Source of the DNA: Octopus vulgaris
Lineage: Eukaryota
Assembly (NCBI GenBank): GCA_951406725.2
Contig: OX597827.1
Span: forward strand, 53,878,001 to 53,942,000
Reading direction: 5' to 3'
DNA: 64,000 nt
Shown here: positions 1 through 12,090 of the stretch, piece after piece
How positions within the stretch are numbered: position 1 is the stretch's first letter
Layout: every line of letters begins with the position of its first letter
The notes under the pieces: model-generated
Told to the model about the DNA's origin: nothing
Database searches by the model: none
The model's input: only the letters and a program-made list of their open reading frames with translations
Made by a program: the position numbers and the translations under genes

Positions 1-751
1 CACACGAATATAATATCACACTATTTCTCTCTCTCTCTCTCACTCACACACACACACACACGTATTACAATGGTATGCTTTGATACTGTACACTTTACCA
101 GACGTTTCAACTCAGTGTTCAATTTCACATTCCACTTCTATATCCTGGTTGCATTATAACCTTAGTATCTTCATAAGGATAAGCTAGATTGTTATAAAGA
201 TGAGTTGTGTATTATCAGAAAAATCACATGACCAAGCATTATTTTGAAAGCATTTACTACATGTTTCAAGTTGTTACGTATATATCAGTTAGCATTTCAA
301 AACTGTGTGGGGGGGTGCAATACAATAAGTTGGCTGTTGTAGGAAAATATATTTATATGGCCAGACGTAATTGATGTATTGAATAATAGATAAAATTTAG
401 GTTAAAGTGTAGTTTTGAAAAATGTGTTTTTGCAAGACTGTGTTATTACTATTTGAAAACCCCAACAACTGACCAAATACATTTTTCTTTTTTTCGTAGC
501 TTGTTCCCTATTCTCTAACTTACCTGATGAGCTGAGAGGAGACTTTTCCAAAAGTATTAATAACATAAATGAAACAATCTTATGATAGAAGTGCTGTAGC
601 TTAGGAGTAAGTTTTCTGTATGTTGTCAACAATATGGTTTCAATTCTCAACTAAAATTATTTCACTTGTGTTGCTGAGATCTTTTGGAAAGTCTCCTCTC
701 AGTCCTTCATATAAATCAGAGACCAATAGGGGAAAAGCAAAAAGAAAAAAA

Positions 752-1150
752 AGATGTGGCTGTGTGGTAAGTAGCTTGTTTACCAACCACATGGTTCCGG
801 GTTCAGTCCCACTGCGTGGCACCTTGGGCAAGTGTCTTCTACTATAGCCTCAGGCCGACCAAAGCCTTGTGAGTGGATTTGGTAGACGGAAACTGAAAGA
901 AGCCCGTTGTATATATGTATATATATGTGTGTGCGTGTTTGTGTGTCTGTGTTTGTCCCCCTAGCATTGCTTGACAACCGATGCTGGTGTGTTTATGTCC
1001 CCATTATTTAGCGGTTCAGCAAAAGAGACCGATAGAATAAGCACTGGGCTTACAAAAGAATAAGTCCCAGGGTCGAGTTGCTCGATTAAAGGTGGTGCTC
1101 CAGCATGGCCGCAGTCAAATGACTGAAACGAGTAAAAGAGTAAAGAGTAA
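752..1150 (+). mobile_element. tRNA-derived CORE-type SINE (octopus OR-like), full length
   Basis: Box A-like TGGCTGTGTGGTAAG and box B GGTTCAGTCCC; CORE-like GTGGCACCTTGGGCAAGTGTCTT; internal (TA/TG)n; tail GACTGAAACGAGTAAAAGAGTAAAGAG. About 20 related copies or fragments occur in the window. Confidence 0.9.
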
Positions 1151-2762
1151 ATAAAGGTATCTATTAAGTCAGATTTTGTTTTTATCCTCAGCTTCAGAGG
1201 AATTTTCAAATAGATTTGAGTAACTCCCCAAATAGATCTGTAAACTTCCCTCTTCAAACTGGCAGGCAATGGCACAGTTTTGCAAAAACTCATTTTCTAA
1301 AACAACACTTTACTACTATCCAAACTTTATTTATGACTCTCAATATACTTCTGGCTACTATAAACATCTTTTCTTAAGAGGAACATTATTCATTCCATGC
1401 CCTTCCTATGGACATGTAACTATAGCAGTTCTTGTCGAAAATGGAGACTTAGATGCAGCAGTACTTGCCAAATTCTTACTACCAAATTGCAGACTGACTT
1501 AGTCAACTGACAGTTTGTACCTACTAGACTAACAAACTAAAATTGAAACAAAACTCCTGTGAAGCTTCTGCATCATGACTCAACTTGTTTGATTTATAGG
1601 ACAAATCTCTTGATAAAGTCCCAAATATCTTGAAAATAGTGACTCTGTATTTCAAGTGCATATTCGTGGGGCTGTATGATCCACAGTGAGGACAGCCTGC
1701 CCGCAGATAGGAGTTATCAACTCGATGTTATGTTATGATCCAAGTACTATGTCTATTTCAGTAGAGCTGATTGGTATTACACAGTAATATAGGCATGGTA
1801 TTTTGTTGATCTTTAACACAACCTAAAAAAAAAAATTTATTTTGTTTGGCTCTAGGTTTTACTTATCTTATCATTGCTCATGTTCAGCCCCAAATCAACC
1901 ATGACGGAGCAGATTTATGATAAAAACATTCTAGACATGAGCATCTCATTGTTAGGTGTTGCATGTCAAGGACTATATTACCCAATGTGTCCATTTTCAA
2001 GTTGATAGAACACTGTTTGAAGGAAACTTGGCTGTTATGTCTAGCACATTGAGTGACTACATATACGTTCCCTGGTATTGATTTTTATATAGGTTTTTGT
2101 TAAATATTTTGTGGTGGGAATAACTAACAGCACTTGACCCTTAATTATATCAACTAGTATTGTTTTTTCTACTCTCAAAGAGTTGTAATGAACTTCAGCT
2201 ATATTAGAACCTGAACTTGGAATCCTAAAGGGAATTTAAAAATAAATGCTGTAATAATTTAGTCTGGCATTTTGCTGATTAGATATTTTCCCTGCATTGG
2301 CATCTTTCATTATTAAAAATGCGTAGATTTACTTTTGATACCAGCCATTGCATATATTTAAAACCATGTTAAGCAATTCATTGCCATCTTTCCTCATAAC
2401 CTTGTGGTTCATGCTCCATAGTTATAGCTGTGTGCGTTATTTTAATTTTATTTCTTCTGTTGATGAGGAAGAACGGGAGCAGTATCAGTTGGTTGCCCCT
2501 TTCCGCCCCTTCCCGCCCTTCCTAATCATTCATAGACTTCATAGACCCTTTTAAAGATTTAAAGGCTTGCCCTATTTTTCAAATAGGTTGCTAGAGAGAA
2601 AAACCTGAAAAGAATATTCCAGAAAAGATGCTAAACAGTGGCATCTTTTATCATAGCCTTCACTTTAATCTAAGAAATTGTGAGTGAGATTTCATTGAAA
2701 GAAACTGTGTGAACTGTATTGAATGGATTGTACCTATAAAATACTGGTCATGCCTAGTTATA

Positions 2763-3874
2763 TACGAGGTGGTATCAGAAAGTTTTGGACTAGTTATGCT
2801 TAATAAAAAAAAAATTATTTACCTAAGTTTTAACATCATCTCCTTTGAAAATAGTCACCTTGCACAGCAGTACACCTGTCCCAGTGTTCCTGCTACTTTT
2901 GGAATCTGGTGAGTCAAGGACCTTCTGCAATTTGCTCTTGATCTCGACAATAGTGTTAAAATGCAATCTTTGAGTTGCATTTTCATCTTGGGGGAAGAGA
3001 TGGAAGTCTGCAGGTGAATAGGGTGGGTGCAGAAGTAATACCATGTTGATTTTTGGCAAGACACTCTTGAAGGTGACAGGGTGCATTGTCATGAAGAATC
3101 TAATTCTTCACACTCCAGATCCAGTCGCTTTCACCAAATGTCCTCCCTCAAATACTTCAAAACGTCGCAGTAGAACTCTTGATTGACAATTTGGCTCTGG
3201 GGAATGAATTCTTGATGCATTAAATTAAGATACAAGTGGCCAAGCAGAATTTGCTCTGCTCTACAGCTCTGAATGTTGGTCTTTTGTGATAACCTAACAG
3301 TAAGCACTAGATGGCTTATACACTTGACTCTTGCACAAGGCTTTTAAAATCTCTTATGCCAATCATTTTTCAAACAAGTTATTATATGAATCTTTCCCCT
3401 AGACAATTAAAGATGGCTAAAATTCATATGCCAGTGTTTTCATTGAACAGATCAACCTGTCACTGCACATTTTCTCTATAACCTTGTGAGGACATTAAAG
3501 ACTGGTGGTCAGATTCACAGGTGTCAAAAAAAAAAAAAACAATGAGCAGGCTCTCAATTGAGTAGCAACTCTGTCATGCCTTTTTTGGCCATGGAGATGA
3601 AGGGCTCTTCCAGTGTGACGACTGCTGATTCATCTTTGAACCTTGTTCTGTGTCTCTGTAGCAGACTTCCCAAGTTTAACACAAAATTTTACATTGGCCC
3701 TTTGTTCCAATTTCCTGTTCATTTCAAAAATCGCAGATTACATCATACACGTGATCACAAAAACACAAATTTCACAACTTTCAAAGTAAACAGCTCACTG
3801 CACATGCAACCATGTGCTGCCATCTGTTGGTGCACTACAGAACTAATCTGGAAACTTTTTGATATCACCTTGTA
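2763..3874 (-). mobile_element. Internally deleted mariner transposon remnant carrying a 300-bp internal insertion
   Basis: TA-bounded TIRs TACGAGGTGGTATCAGAAAGTTTT and AAACTTTTTGATATCACCTTGTA. Minus-strand peptides MNRKLEQRANVKFCVKLGKSATET, QQSSHWKSPSSPWPKKA, LLIVFF..D, HQEFIPQSQIVNQEFY and HPPYSPADFHLFP. Confidence 0.9.
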
Positions 3875-4227
3875 GTGTCAAGCTACTTCAGTCTGTGTTA
3901 AAAATATGTCTCTGAAATACTTTTCTTCTTTTCGATCGGTGGACCTGACCACCAGTCTTCAATGTCCTCACAAGCTTATAGAGAAAATGTGCAGTGACAG
4001 GTTGATCTGTTCAATGAAAACACTGGCATATGAATTTTAGCCATCTTTAATTGTCTGGAGGAAAGATCCATATAATAACTTGTTTGATATATGATTGGCA
4101 TAAGAGATTTTAAAAGCCTTGTGCAGAAGTCAGGTGTATAAGCTTGTTTTTGGGTTATCACAAAAGACCAACATTCAGAGCTGTAGAGCAGAGCAGATTC
4201 TGCTTGGCCACTTGTATCTTAATTTAA
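3220..4227. repeat. Long inverted repeat, arms about 3220-3518 and 3939-4227
   Basis: The arms are near reverse complements along about 290 bp, e.g. TTAAATTAAGATACAAGTGGCCAAGCAGAAT versus ATTCTGCTTGGCCACTTGTATCTTAATTTAA. Confidence 0.95.
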
Positions 4228-4468
4228 CTAGTAGGTAGTTCAGTTGTTTGTACAGATGATTGCTCATCATCAAAACTGATAGATGTATCATATAATAGTT
4301 TTACTTTAGTAAAATTGTGTTTGCTAGGCAGATAGCTTTTACTCGGATGTAAATGAGAGAGAGTGTGTGTGTGTGCAAGAGAACTGTATTTTATTAGGGT
4401 TTTGTATAGGTTTTACATACAAGTACAAATTTTAGTTCCCTTCAGGCAAGTCTAGTCTAGTACAAACT

Positions 4469-4696
4469 TTAACCCTTTAGCAATCAAACCGGCCGTATCA
4501 GGCCATAATATTTAGCCTGTTTTCTGTTGAAACGGACCATATCTGGTTCTTCACCTCAACCTTACAATATCATTCTAAAACTAAACAATCACATCATTGA
4601 AATCTCTCAACTACAAGATAATGCATCATTAATTCAAAACAATATAACGATACAAACATTATATTTGACAGAATAATCTGAATACTAAAGGGTTAA
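4469..4696. mobile_element. piggyBac-type MITE (family A)
   Basis: Ends TTAA-CCCTTTAGCA...TACTAAAGGG-TTAA; homologous copies at 22803 and 28310. Confidence 0.85.
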
Positions 4697-5681
4697 TCAT
4701 AACTTGAGCCGTTTTGTTTCATTTGCTTTGGAGGCAGTCATTAGGCTGCTAATAACACAAAGACCTCCTTTGGCTAACAATCTCTTAAGGTTTATAAAGA
4801 CTTACAAACTACTCAGTTCCCTGAAGAGAAACACAGCATGTGATGGTGCCTGATCATTATGGGACTTTCTAAAAATAGCTTCAGTGAGTTTTAAATGACA
4901 AGTCATTTTGAAGATTAGATATCTAATCATTTTTTGACTCATTTAATAAGTAACTCATGTTACGATATTTCTCTCAGGACTGGAGCCCTTCACCAACAAA
5001 TCTAGGAATATGATATCTCTCTCTCTCTCTCTCTCTCTCTCTCCGCCTATATATATAAGTACAAAGTGAGATAGGGGTTATGAGTGTAACCCACTATGGG
5101 ATATCAGTTATTCAATATACTGCTGGTGAAGCACCCAAATGCCAAATACATAAATGCTTATAATTGCAATGCAATTAATTAATTTATTGTATCAGATGGG
5201 CGAAGGTAAAATATTTTACCTCAAATTCATAAATAATATGAATTGGTAATATCTGTAAGTTGATGATTGAAATGAATTTGTTCCTCCATTTTCTTATTTG
5301 TATTATATATATATATATATATATCCCTACTATATCCAAGAGAAAGTAAGTTGATTAACAAGAAACATATTGTTAAAACTCTTCAGTATAATATTTATAT
5401 TAACATATTTTGTGATGATTTTTGTTTAATTACATATGAAAGATGATTTAATTGTTCACATAGCAAAATATATTGAATAGTGTTGATACTACTACATTTT
5501 CCCCAACTTCTATTCAGCTACTCATAGAAAATTTAAGTCTAGCATTAAAGGCTAATAAAACAATTGCCTCCTTCCTTTGCCTACAGTGGATAGCTGTACA
5601 TCCTTATTTTTCTGATTTACAGTGAAGTGAACCAAATTAATAATTGTTTGTTTTGCTGTTGTTTTTTTTTTTCTCCTTCAG

Positions 5682-5783
5682 GATGTAGCTCAACAGTGGT
5701 GATAAGATACTATGTATCTCACTTTATTCCACTCTTCTGACTCAGCTACAACTCCCTCCCACTGGAAATATTTGTTATTTCAG
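5682..5783 (+). other. Candidate non-coding 5' UTR exon of the zinc-finger gene
   Basis: Strong polypyrimidine acceptor (TTTTTTTTTTTCTCCTTCAG|G) and donor CAG|GTAGTG. A further acceptor lies at 6773 and another just before the ATG at 7210. Confidence 0.35.
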
Positions 5784-7217
5784 GTAGTGTCCCTGTAATG
5801 CAAAATCTAGGTAGAGAAGGTGAATGAGATCAATGAAACTAGTAGTGCATAAAAATGTTGTAGGTTGACAACATTTTTGCACTCTGAGAATATCTCTCGT
5901 AATGGCTACAGCATATTTCAACTGTATATCCTGTTGTCAGTAAAGTAAACTTATATGTGGGATGGTGACATAAAGTAAATAAAATCGAAAATTTGCAAGT
6001 GATTTTGTTGTCAAAAATGTTTTCCTTGTTGCTCTGAACTGGAACAACAGCAACAACAATTTTTACTATTAAAATTACTGGAATGTTTCAGTCAGTTGTT
6101 TCCTATACGCAAGGGTAGAAGCTAGCAAATGATAAAGCAAATATTGGTATGTACAAATTTAGGAAGCTATTTTATCTAACACAGTTAACTCAATATAATC
6201 AAACAACCACTTCTGTTGAAATGATTTTTTTCAATTCTTGTTAACTTTTATATGTCAGTAACTTAAGACTTAACTTATAAAGTATCATTTGCTTATCTTT
6301 TGTATGCACCAGTCACTCAACATTTAAAATAAACTGCATGTACAGGTATTTACTTTAGATGACCACTGTTCAGATAAATATTCTTTAACTGGTTCAAATG
6401 ATGTAGTGAACTCAAACACACGGAAAAATGCCTACAAGTTTTGAATTTAATCCTTCTATGTTCAGTATTTTAAGCTCAGAACCTCTCTGCCTTCATTGAA
6501 GGACAAATAGATAAGGAGAATATAAATCTAAACTTGCTAATGAGGTTTTAACTTTTTGAAAGACTCATCACTGATCAATGTGATGTGTTTTATATCTTAA
6601 TTCTTGACTGAATTAGAATTTTTTGAAAAAAGAATATCAAGCCCGCCTGAAGATTGTTCACCCATCAAAATTTTCTCATTTGAACCTCAAATGTTAGTTT
6701 TTATTTAAAATATATAAATGTAGTTTTTCATTTTTATTTGATATTAATTTTTCTTCTTTGAAATTCATTTCAGATTCCCGTTTCTGACCATATGGGTGTA
6801 TATCGAACAAATGCTGATATTTCATACCCTGTTAGAGTCTTTCCTTGAAGAGTATCCACTGCCTGTTCTAACAACAGAATACCAGTTAGCCATACTTCTC
6901 AACTATGGTATAGTCCTTTGATATGGTTGCTAGCCTGTTAAGAAGTAATTTCTGATATATCTAAGCCATATCTTGACTTCAGCTGCTATCTGTTCTCTGT
7001 ACACACCTACTGCTCCATTCTTGGCACCTATTCCATATATTACTCAACTCATGCCTTTACTTACTGTACTCACAAAGTGGAAAGTTACTCTACTAATATA
7101 CTCAGAGTAAAACTTTAGACGCATTTTCATGCTTTCAAGTCCTGTGTGATTTATCAAATACATACGTTCTTAGATATTCCATCCTTTTTCTTCACACTCT
7201 CTGAGTACAGATTGGAA

Positions 7218-10200
7218 ATGTCTAGTTTATTTTCTGTTGAAGACAAAAAACAGAGAATTATGAGAAACATCGATATAGAGCCAAGTTGTAGCCGGCCACA
7301 AGGTACATCGAGTAGAATTAATGATCCTGGAAATTATCAGTTGTCACAGTTAAGGCTCTCAGAACTGCCAGTTACTCTGGAGACCAATGAAGAACCTGCT
7401 CCACATCATTCCGCCCCCTCAACAGTGCCCCTTCATCGTGGTCAGACAGCATCATATTTACACTGTTACCCCCCACCAAAATCAGACTTTTTATCAACCC
7501 TTTCAACTGACATGGTCCGTCATAGTTCCAGCAACAGAGACAGTCATCGTAAAGATATTGGTCAGTCAAAAAGTTCCTATAGTATATACGAGAACAGTGA
7601 TTCTTCAAAAGAATGGAAAAGGAAACCAGTGTCACCGCCATCAACATCTCACGTAGACCCATGTAGTATACCTATACCAACTAGTATGGGAACTAATAAA
7701 AATAGCCATCATCATGGAGATTTTAACAGTGACTCTTTAACACCATTGGAGGTTAGGAAAAAAATGCCTGATGGAAGTGGCCCTAGTGATATATGTCATC
7801 GTCAGTGTATTTCTGATATTCCCTTTAAGAAAAGACTAGCCAATCGATCTGTGGATATTGGGATTGTTCAAAATCCTGTTGATGTTGCACTCATTGAGCA
7901 AGGACTTGAGAATCAAATAAATATTGGAATTGTTGAGAACCCTGTTAATATTGGAATATTAAAAAACCCTAACAGTATTGAAAATCTTGATAATTATATG
8001 GAGCCCCTCAACAAAGTCTGTGTGGAGAACGATCGGTCAAAACCAGTTTGTTGTAATGAATTGGTTTCCAAATGGCTCAAGAGCCATCCAGCTAGAATTA
8101 ACAATAGCAGTAGTGTGAAATATTCTCGGGATATACCAACCACACTGCCAAATAAAATGGCAGGGAGTTTGGAAAACCAAAAAGTCCATATGAAGCATAT
8201 TAGTATTCCTCAGAATTGTCATTCTTCTCTAAACAAATATGATAAGCCTGGCTGTAGTGGATTTTTGGAAAGGGAAGATCATCAAATGGGTATGAAAGAT
8301 CAAGCAGGAAACAGTAATGATTTCAGGAAAGCAACACGCCCAGAAGCTGCTAGTGTGTGTTCAACTTCAAAGTCAGACTGTGTTGACAGTTTAAGGATGC
8401 GTGAAATGGATGTCAGCCATAGTCACAACACAGCATCATTTCCAAATGGGTTTGAACATAGACTTAATAAATATAATAGTAGCAGCAGCAATAGCACATA
8501 TAACCTTAAAATATGCCACAGCAATAACAGCAGCAGCAGTAACACTTCAGAAAATAATTATAACTTTTCGCGGGTTGACATGTACCCTATAAATATCATC
8601 AAATTAGATGATTTTAAGGGTGTCTCAGATTTTCTTCGAACTCTCAATGAAGAACCTAATAAGAAAAAGAAGATTGGTAATATAGGTAATGCCATTCCAA
8701 TAGAGAGTTCTAGTAATAATAATTGTAATGGTTGTGGTGCCAGTAGTAGTAGCAGCAGTAGCAATAACAGCAGCAGTGTGGGTCCTAGCACTAGTGATGC
8801 TACACCAAATTCAAATACTGGTGCTCTTGTTGCTCCAGGTCCAAGTAGTCGATTTGCCAATGTCCTTAACTTGAGTTTTAATGAAAACTTGGACAGCTTC
8901 TCCAAAACGGGTAATAGTGAGTGTGCTGCAAGTAGTGGTGTTGGTAACGGCAGCAGCAGTAGTGATAGTAACCTAACTGCATCGGAACGCAGTGTAGATT
9001 GTGTGGTCAATCTCAGCCAAAATATCACTGACAACTGCAATAATGGAGCAAAAACTGTGATGTCTATAGATCGACCAAGTGGCAGTGGAACTAGCTCTGG
9101 CAGTATAATTAGCTCCACATCAAATGTCCATCCTTCTAGTAGCAGCAGTAGTAGCAGCCACAAAGCTGTTATTGTTAACGTGCCCAATCTGAGTGCAGAC
9201 AGTGGGATGAGGCCTACAGTCGAGAGCAATCAAAAAGGACATGGAGAGCAGCTGCCAAATCCAGGAGAAAAGGACCTTGAAATGGAATTCTATGAATCTG
9301 TCCTTGAACTTGAGAATGAATACAGTGCAACTAACGTGTTAGAAAACAATGTTGCTGTGACTTCAACACCTTCATTGTCAAATGGAACCAGTGTTGATTC
9401 TTCCACAACAACAGTCAGTGTTGATACTGTAAACAATGTCAGTGCTTCGTCCACTCCTGAAGGGACAAACTCCGATATTAAATGCAGATTGTGTCGCAAA
9501 ACATTTAAATATGAGAGCAACCTTCAATCACATATGAGTGCACACAAACGACGTAAATGCTTCAAGTGTGAACAGTGTACAAAAACTTTTACATTTTTGT
9601 CTGACTATTACCAACATACACTATTACATCATAGTGGCTTAACTCTTTACACTTGTGACTATTGTCAGGAACAATTCCTTAGTACCTCAGAGCTTGAATC
9701 GCATCGTGTTACACATGATGGAAAAAGACCCTACCAATGTCGTTACTGTGAGAAAAATTACATTCGCAAAGGGGACTTGAAAAAACATCTAAGAGTACAT
9801 TCAGGAGAGCGACCATATCAATGTGAACTGTGTGGTAAGTCTTTCAGTGCCGGTTCTGGCCAGTTGGCAAAACATCTCCGCATACATCTTGATGAGAAGC
9901 CATTCTCTTGTAACTATTGCAACAAAACTTTCACAGATAAGGCCAATGCCGACAAACACATGATGTTTCATGTAGGAGAAAAGTTGTTTAAGTGCACACT
10001 GTGTAGCAAGGCCTTCATGCAGAAATGTGATTTGTCACGTCATATTCGTACGCACACTGGGGAAAAGCCACACACTTGTGAATACTGTGGCAAGGCATTC
10101 AGTGATCAATCAGCATTCTCAAAACATCGGCGTATTCATACAGGAGAAGGGATGCTCAAATGCACACATTGTGACAAGACATTTAATAACCCCTACAACC

Positions 10201-10493
10201 GAACTAGGCACATGCGGCTTCATACACGGGAAAGAGCTTTTCCATGCGACTTGTGCGACAAAATTTTCACATGCAACTACAGCGTTAAAATGCACCGTCG
10301 CATCCACACAGGTGAGAAGCCTCACAAGTGCGACTATTGCTTCAAAACTTTTATCAGCAGCAGCAACCTTAATAAACATTTAAAGACACATCACCCTGTC
10401 AAAGCAGTGAAGTACGAGTGCTGTGGTACCATGTATGCAGACCCAGCTGCTCTCGATGAACATTTCAAGTCACATGGTGCAAAGCAGTCTTGA
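7218..10493 (+). CDS. Multi-C2H2 (Kruppel-type) zinc-finger protein, about 1091 aa from the first ATG, with a long Ser/Asn-rich disordered N-terminus
   Basis: Uninterrupted 3.3-kb ORF. Eleven CxxC-x12-HxxxH fingers with TGEKP/SGERP-type linkers at about 9480-10395, plus a terminal YECCG...HFKSH finger. The ORF track begins at a GTG at 7146; the first ATG is at 7218, just after a pyrimidine tract and CAG. Confidence 0.95.
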   Translation: MSSLFSVEDKKQRIMRNIDIEPSCSRPQGTSSRINDPGNYQLSQLRLSELPVTLETNEEPAPHHSAPSTVPLHRGQTASYLHCYPPPKSDFLSTLSTDMVRHSSSNRDSHRKDIGQSKSSYSIYENSDSSKEWKRKPVSPPSTSHVDPCSIPIPTSMGTNKNSHHHGDFNSDSLTPLEVRKKMPDGSGPSDICHRQCISDIPFKKRLANRSVDIGIVQNPVDVALIEQGLENQINIGIVENPVNIGILKNPNSIENLDNYMEPLNKVCVENDRSKPVCCNELVSKWLKSHPARINNSSSVKYSRDIPTTLPNKMAGSLENQKVHMKHISIPQNCHSSLNKYDKPGCSGFLEREDHQMGMKDQAGNSNDFRKATRPEAASVCSTSKSDCVDSLRMREMDVSHSHNTASFPNGFEHRLNKYNSSSSNSTYNLKICHSNNSSSSNTSENNYNFSRVDMYPINIIKLDDFKGVSDFLRTLNEEPNKKKKIGNIGNAIPIESSSNNNCNGCGASSSSSSSNNSSSVGPSTSDATPNSNTGALVAPGPSSRFANVLNLSFNENLDSFSKTGNSECAASSGVGNGSSSSDSNLTASERSVDCVVNLSQNITDNCNNGAKTVMSIDRPSGSGTSSGSIISSTSNVHPSSSSSSSSHKAVIVNVPNLSADSGMRPTVESNQKGHGEQLPNPGEKDLEMEFYESVLELENEYSATNVLENNVAVTSTPSLSNGTSVDSSTTTVSVDTVNNVSASSTPEGTNSDIKCRLCRKTFKYESNLQSHMSAHKRRKCFKCEQCTKTFTFLSDYYQHTLLHHSGLTLYTCDYCQEQFLSTSELESHRVTHDGKRPYQCRYCEKNYIRKGDLKKHLRVHSGERPYQCELCGKSFSAGSGQLAKHLRIHLDEKPFSCNYCNKTFTDKANADKHMMFHVGEKLFKCTLCSKAFMQKCDLSRHIRTHTGEKPHTCEYCGKAFSDQSAFSKHRRIHTGEGMLKCTHCDKTFNNPYNRTRHMRLHTRERAFPCDLCDKIFTCNYSVKMHRRIHTGEKPHKCDYCFKTFISSSNLNKHLKTHHPVKAVKYECCGTMYADPAALDEHFKSHGAKQS

Positions 10494-11046
10494 TTTAGGA
10501 TTTTTCAGATTTAAGAGTAAATTTAATTTTTAGAATTATATGATTCAATTTCCAACGGTATACCTGCATTTGGTAGTAAAAGAAAAATTTAATTTCAGGA
10601 TGGGGGCAAGTTTATCCTTTATAATTTTTTTGCTTAAATTCCTCCTTCACAGTTTCTCACCTGTCTATTCTTAAGAAAGAAAGAAAGAAAACATCAGCTC
10701 CAATAACAACAGAAATGAGGATATTCAGAAGTTTTTTTGTTTTTTTTTTGTTATTTTAGCACCTGGCAGATATTTCTTACAGGTGCTTTTTGAGTTTTTT
10801 ATTTTCAAAAGCATTCAAAAATTTTAATTAAAAAAATCACTTTTACTACCCCTTCTCAGTATATTGAAAATACAAAAAAAAAAATATCTGTCTGTCTGTA
10901 TGTATGTATGCATGTCGGTGTTTGTGTCTGTTATGTGAATGACATATTGGAAAAGTCTACAGGTTATCGAGTAAGGGATGCTTGATATAAGAAAATTCTT
11001 TTCAATTTATATATATATATATATATATACATAAGTATATATATGT

Positions 11047-11260
11047 ATCATCATCATCATCATCGTTTAACGTCCGTTTTCCATGCTAGCATGGGCTGGA
11101 CGGTTCAACTGGGGTCTGGGAAGCCAGGAGGCTGTACCAGGCACCAGTCTGATCTGGCAGTGTTTCTACAGCTGCATGCCCTTCCTAATGCCAACCACTC
11201 CATGAGTGTAGTGGGTGCTTTTTACCTGCCACCGGCACAGGTGCCGGGGGAAGCTGGCAG
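11047..11260 (-). mobile_element. RTE-clade LINE 3' UTR fragment with (GAT)n tail
   Basis: Reverse complement of ...AGGAAGGGCAT...CCATGCTAGCATGGAAAACGGACGTTAAACGATGATGAT; the same tail is joined to RT C-terminal coding sequence at 25034. Confidence 0.85.
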
Positions 11261-11282
11261 CGAAAATATATTGCGCCCCCAT

Positions 11283-11291
11283 AAATATATA

Positions 11292-11324
<33 letters not shown>

Positions 11325-11863
11325 TTATATGTGTGTGTGTATATATATATATTTATATATGTGTGTGTGTGTGTATATATATATTTATAAATGTGTATAT
11401 GTATATATATATGTGTGTATATGTATCCATATGTATATATTTGTATGTATATATATATCTATGCATATATATCTATATGTATATACATCTGTATGTATGT
11501 ATTTATATATATATGTCCATATGTGTATATATATATGTCTATGTGTGTGTATATAAATGTCTGTGTGTGTATATATGTATTGTATATATATGTGCATATA
11601 TATATGTATGTCTATGTATATATATATATATATATATAATGTATATCTATATATTTGTATGTATATCTATGTATTTGTATGTATATATATATGTATTTGT
11701 ATATATATATATATATCTATGTATTTGTATGTTTATATTTATGTGTATGTATACATGTGTGTATATATATATATATGTAGTATATAAATATATGTATATA
11801 TATAGTATATAGATATGTATATATACATATGTATAGATATGTATGTGTATATATATGTGTATG

Positions 11864-11900
<37 letters not shown>

Positions 11901-12090
11901 GTGTATGTATGTGTGTGTATATGTATGTATATATGTGTGTGTGTGTATATATGTGTGTGTATATGTATGTATATATGTGTGTGTGTATGTATGTATATAT
12001 GTGTGTGTGTATATATATATGTATATATATGCATGTGTATAAATGTGTGTATATATATATATGCATGTGTGTGTGTGTATGTATATATCT
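11283..12090. repeat. About 800-bp degenerate (TA)n/(TG)n compound microsatellite
   Basis: Almost pure purine-pyrimidine alternation; similar tracts at 12430-12760 and 18885-19060. Confidence 0.95.

Noticed and set aside
523-545. CTGATGA as a hammerhead core (also 4822, 23751, 46831, 50311, 50988)
   Set aside because: No stem II plus GAAA plus stem I arrangement could be formed.
8558-9229. 223-aa antisense ORF
   Set aside because: Leu-rich shadow of the AGC/AGT/AAT codons of the ZNF low-complexity region; no independent signal.
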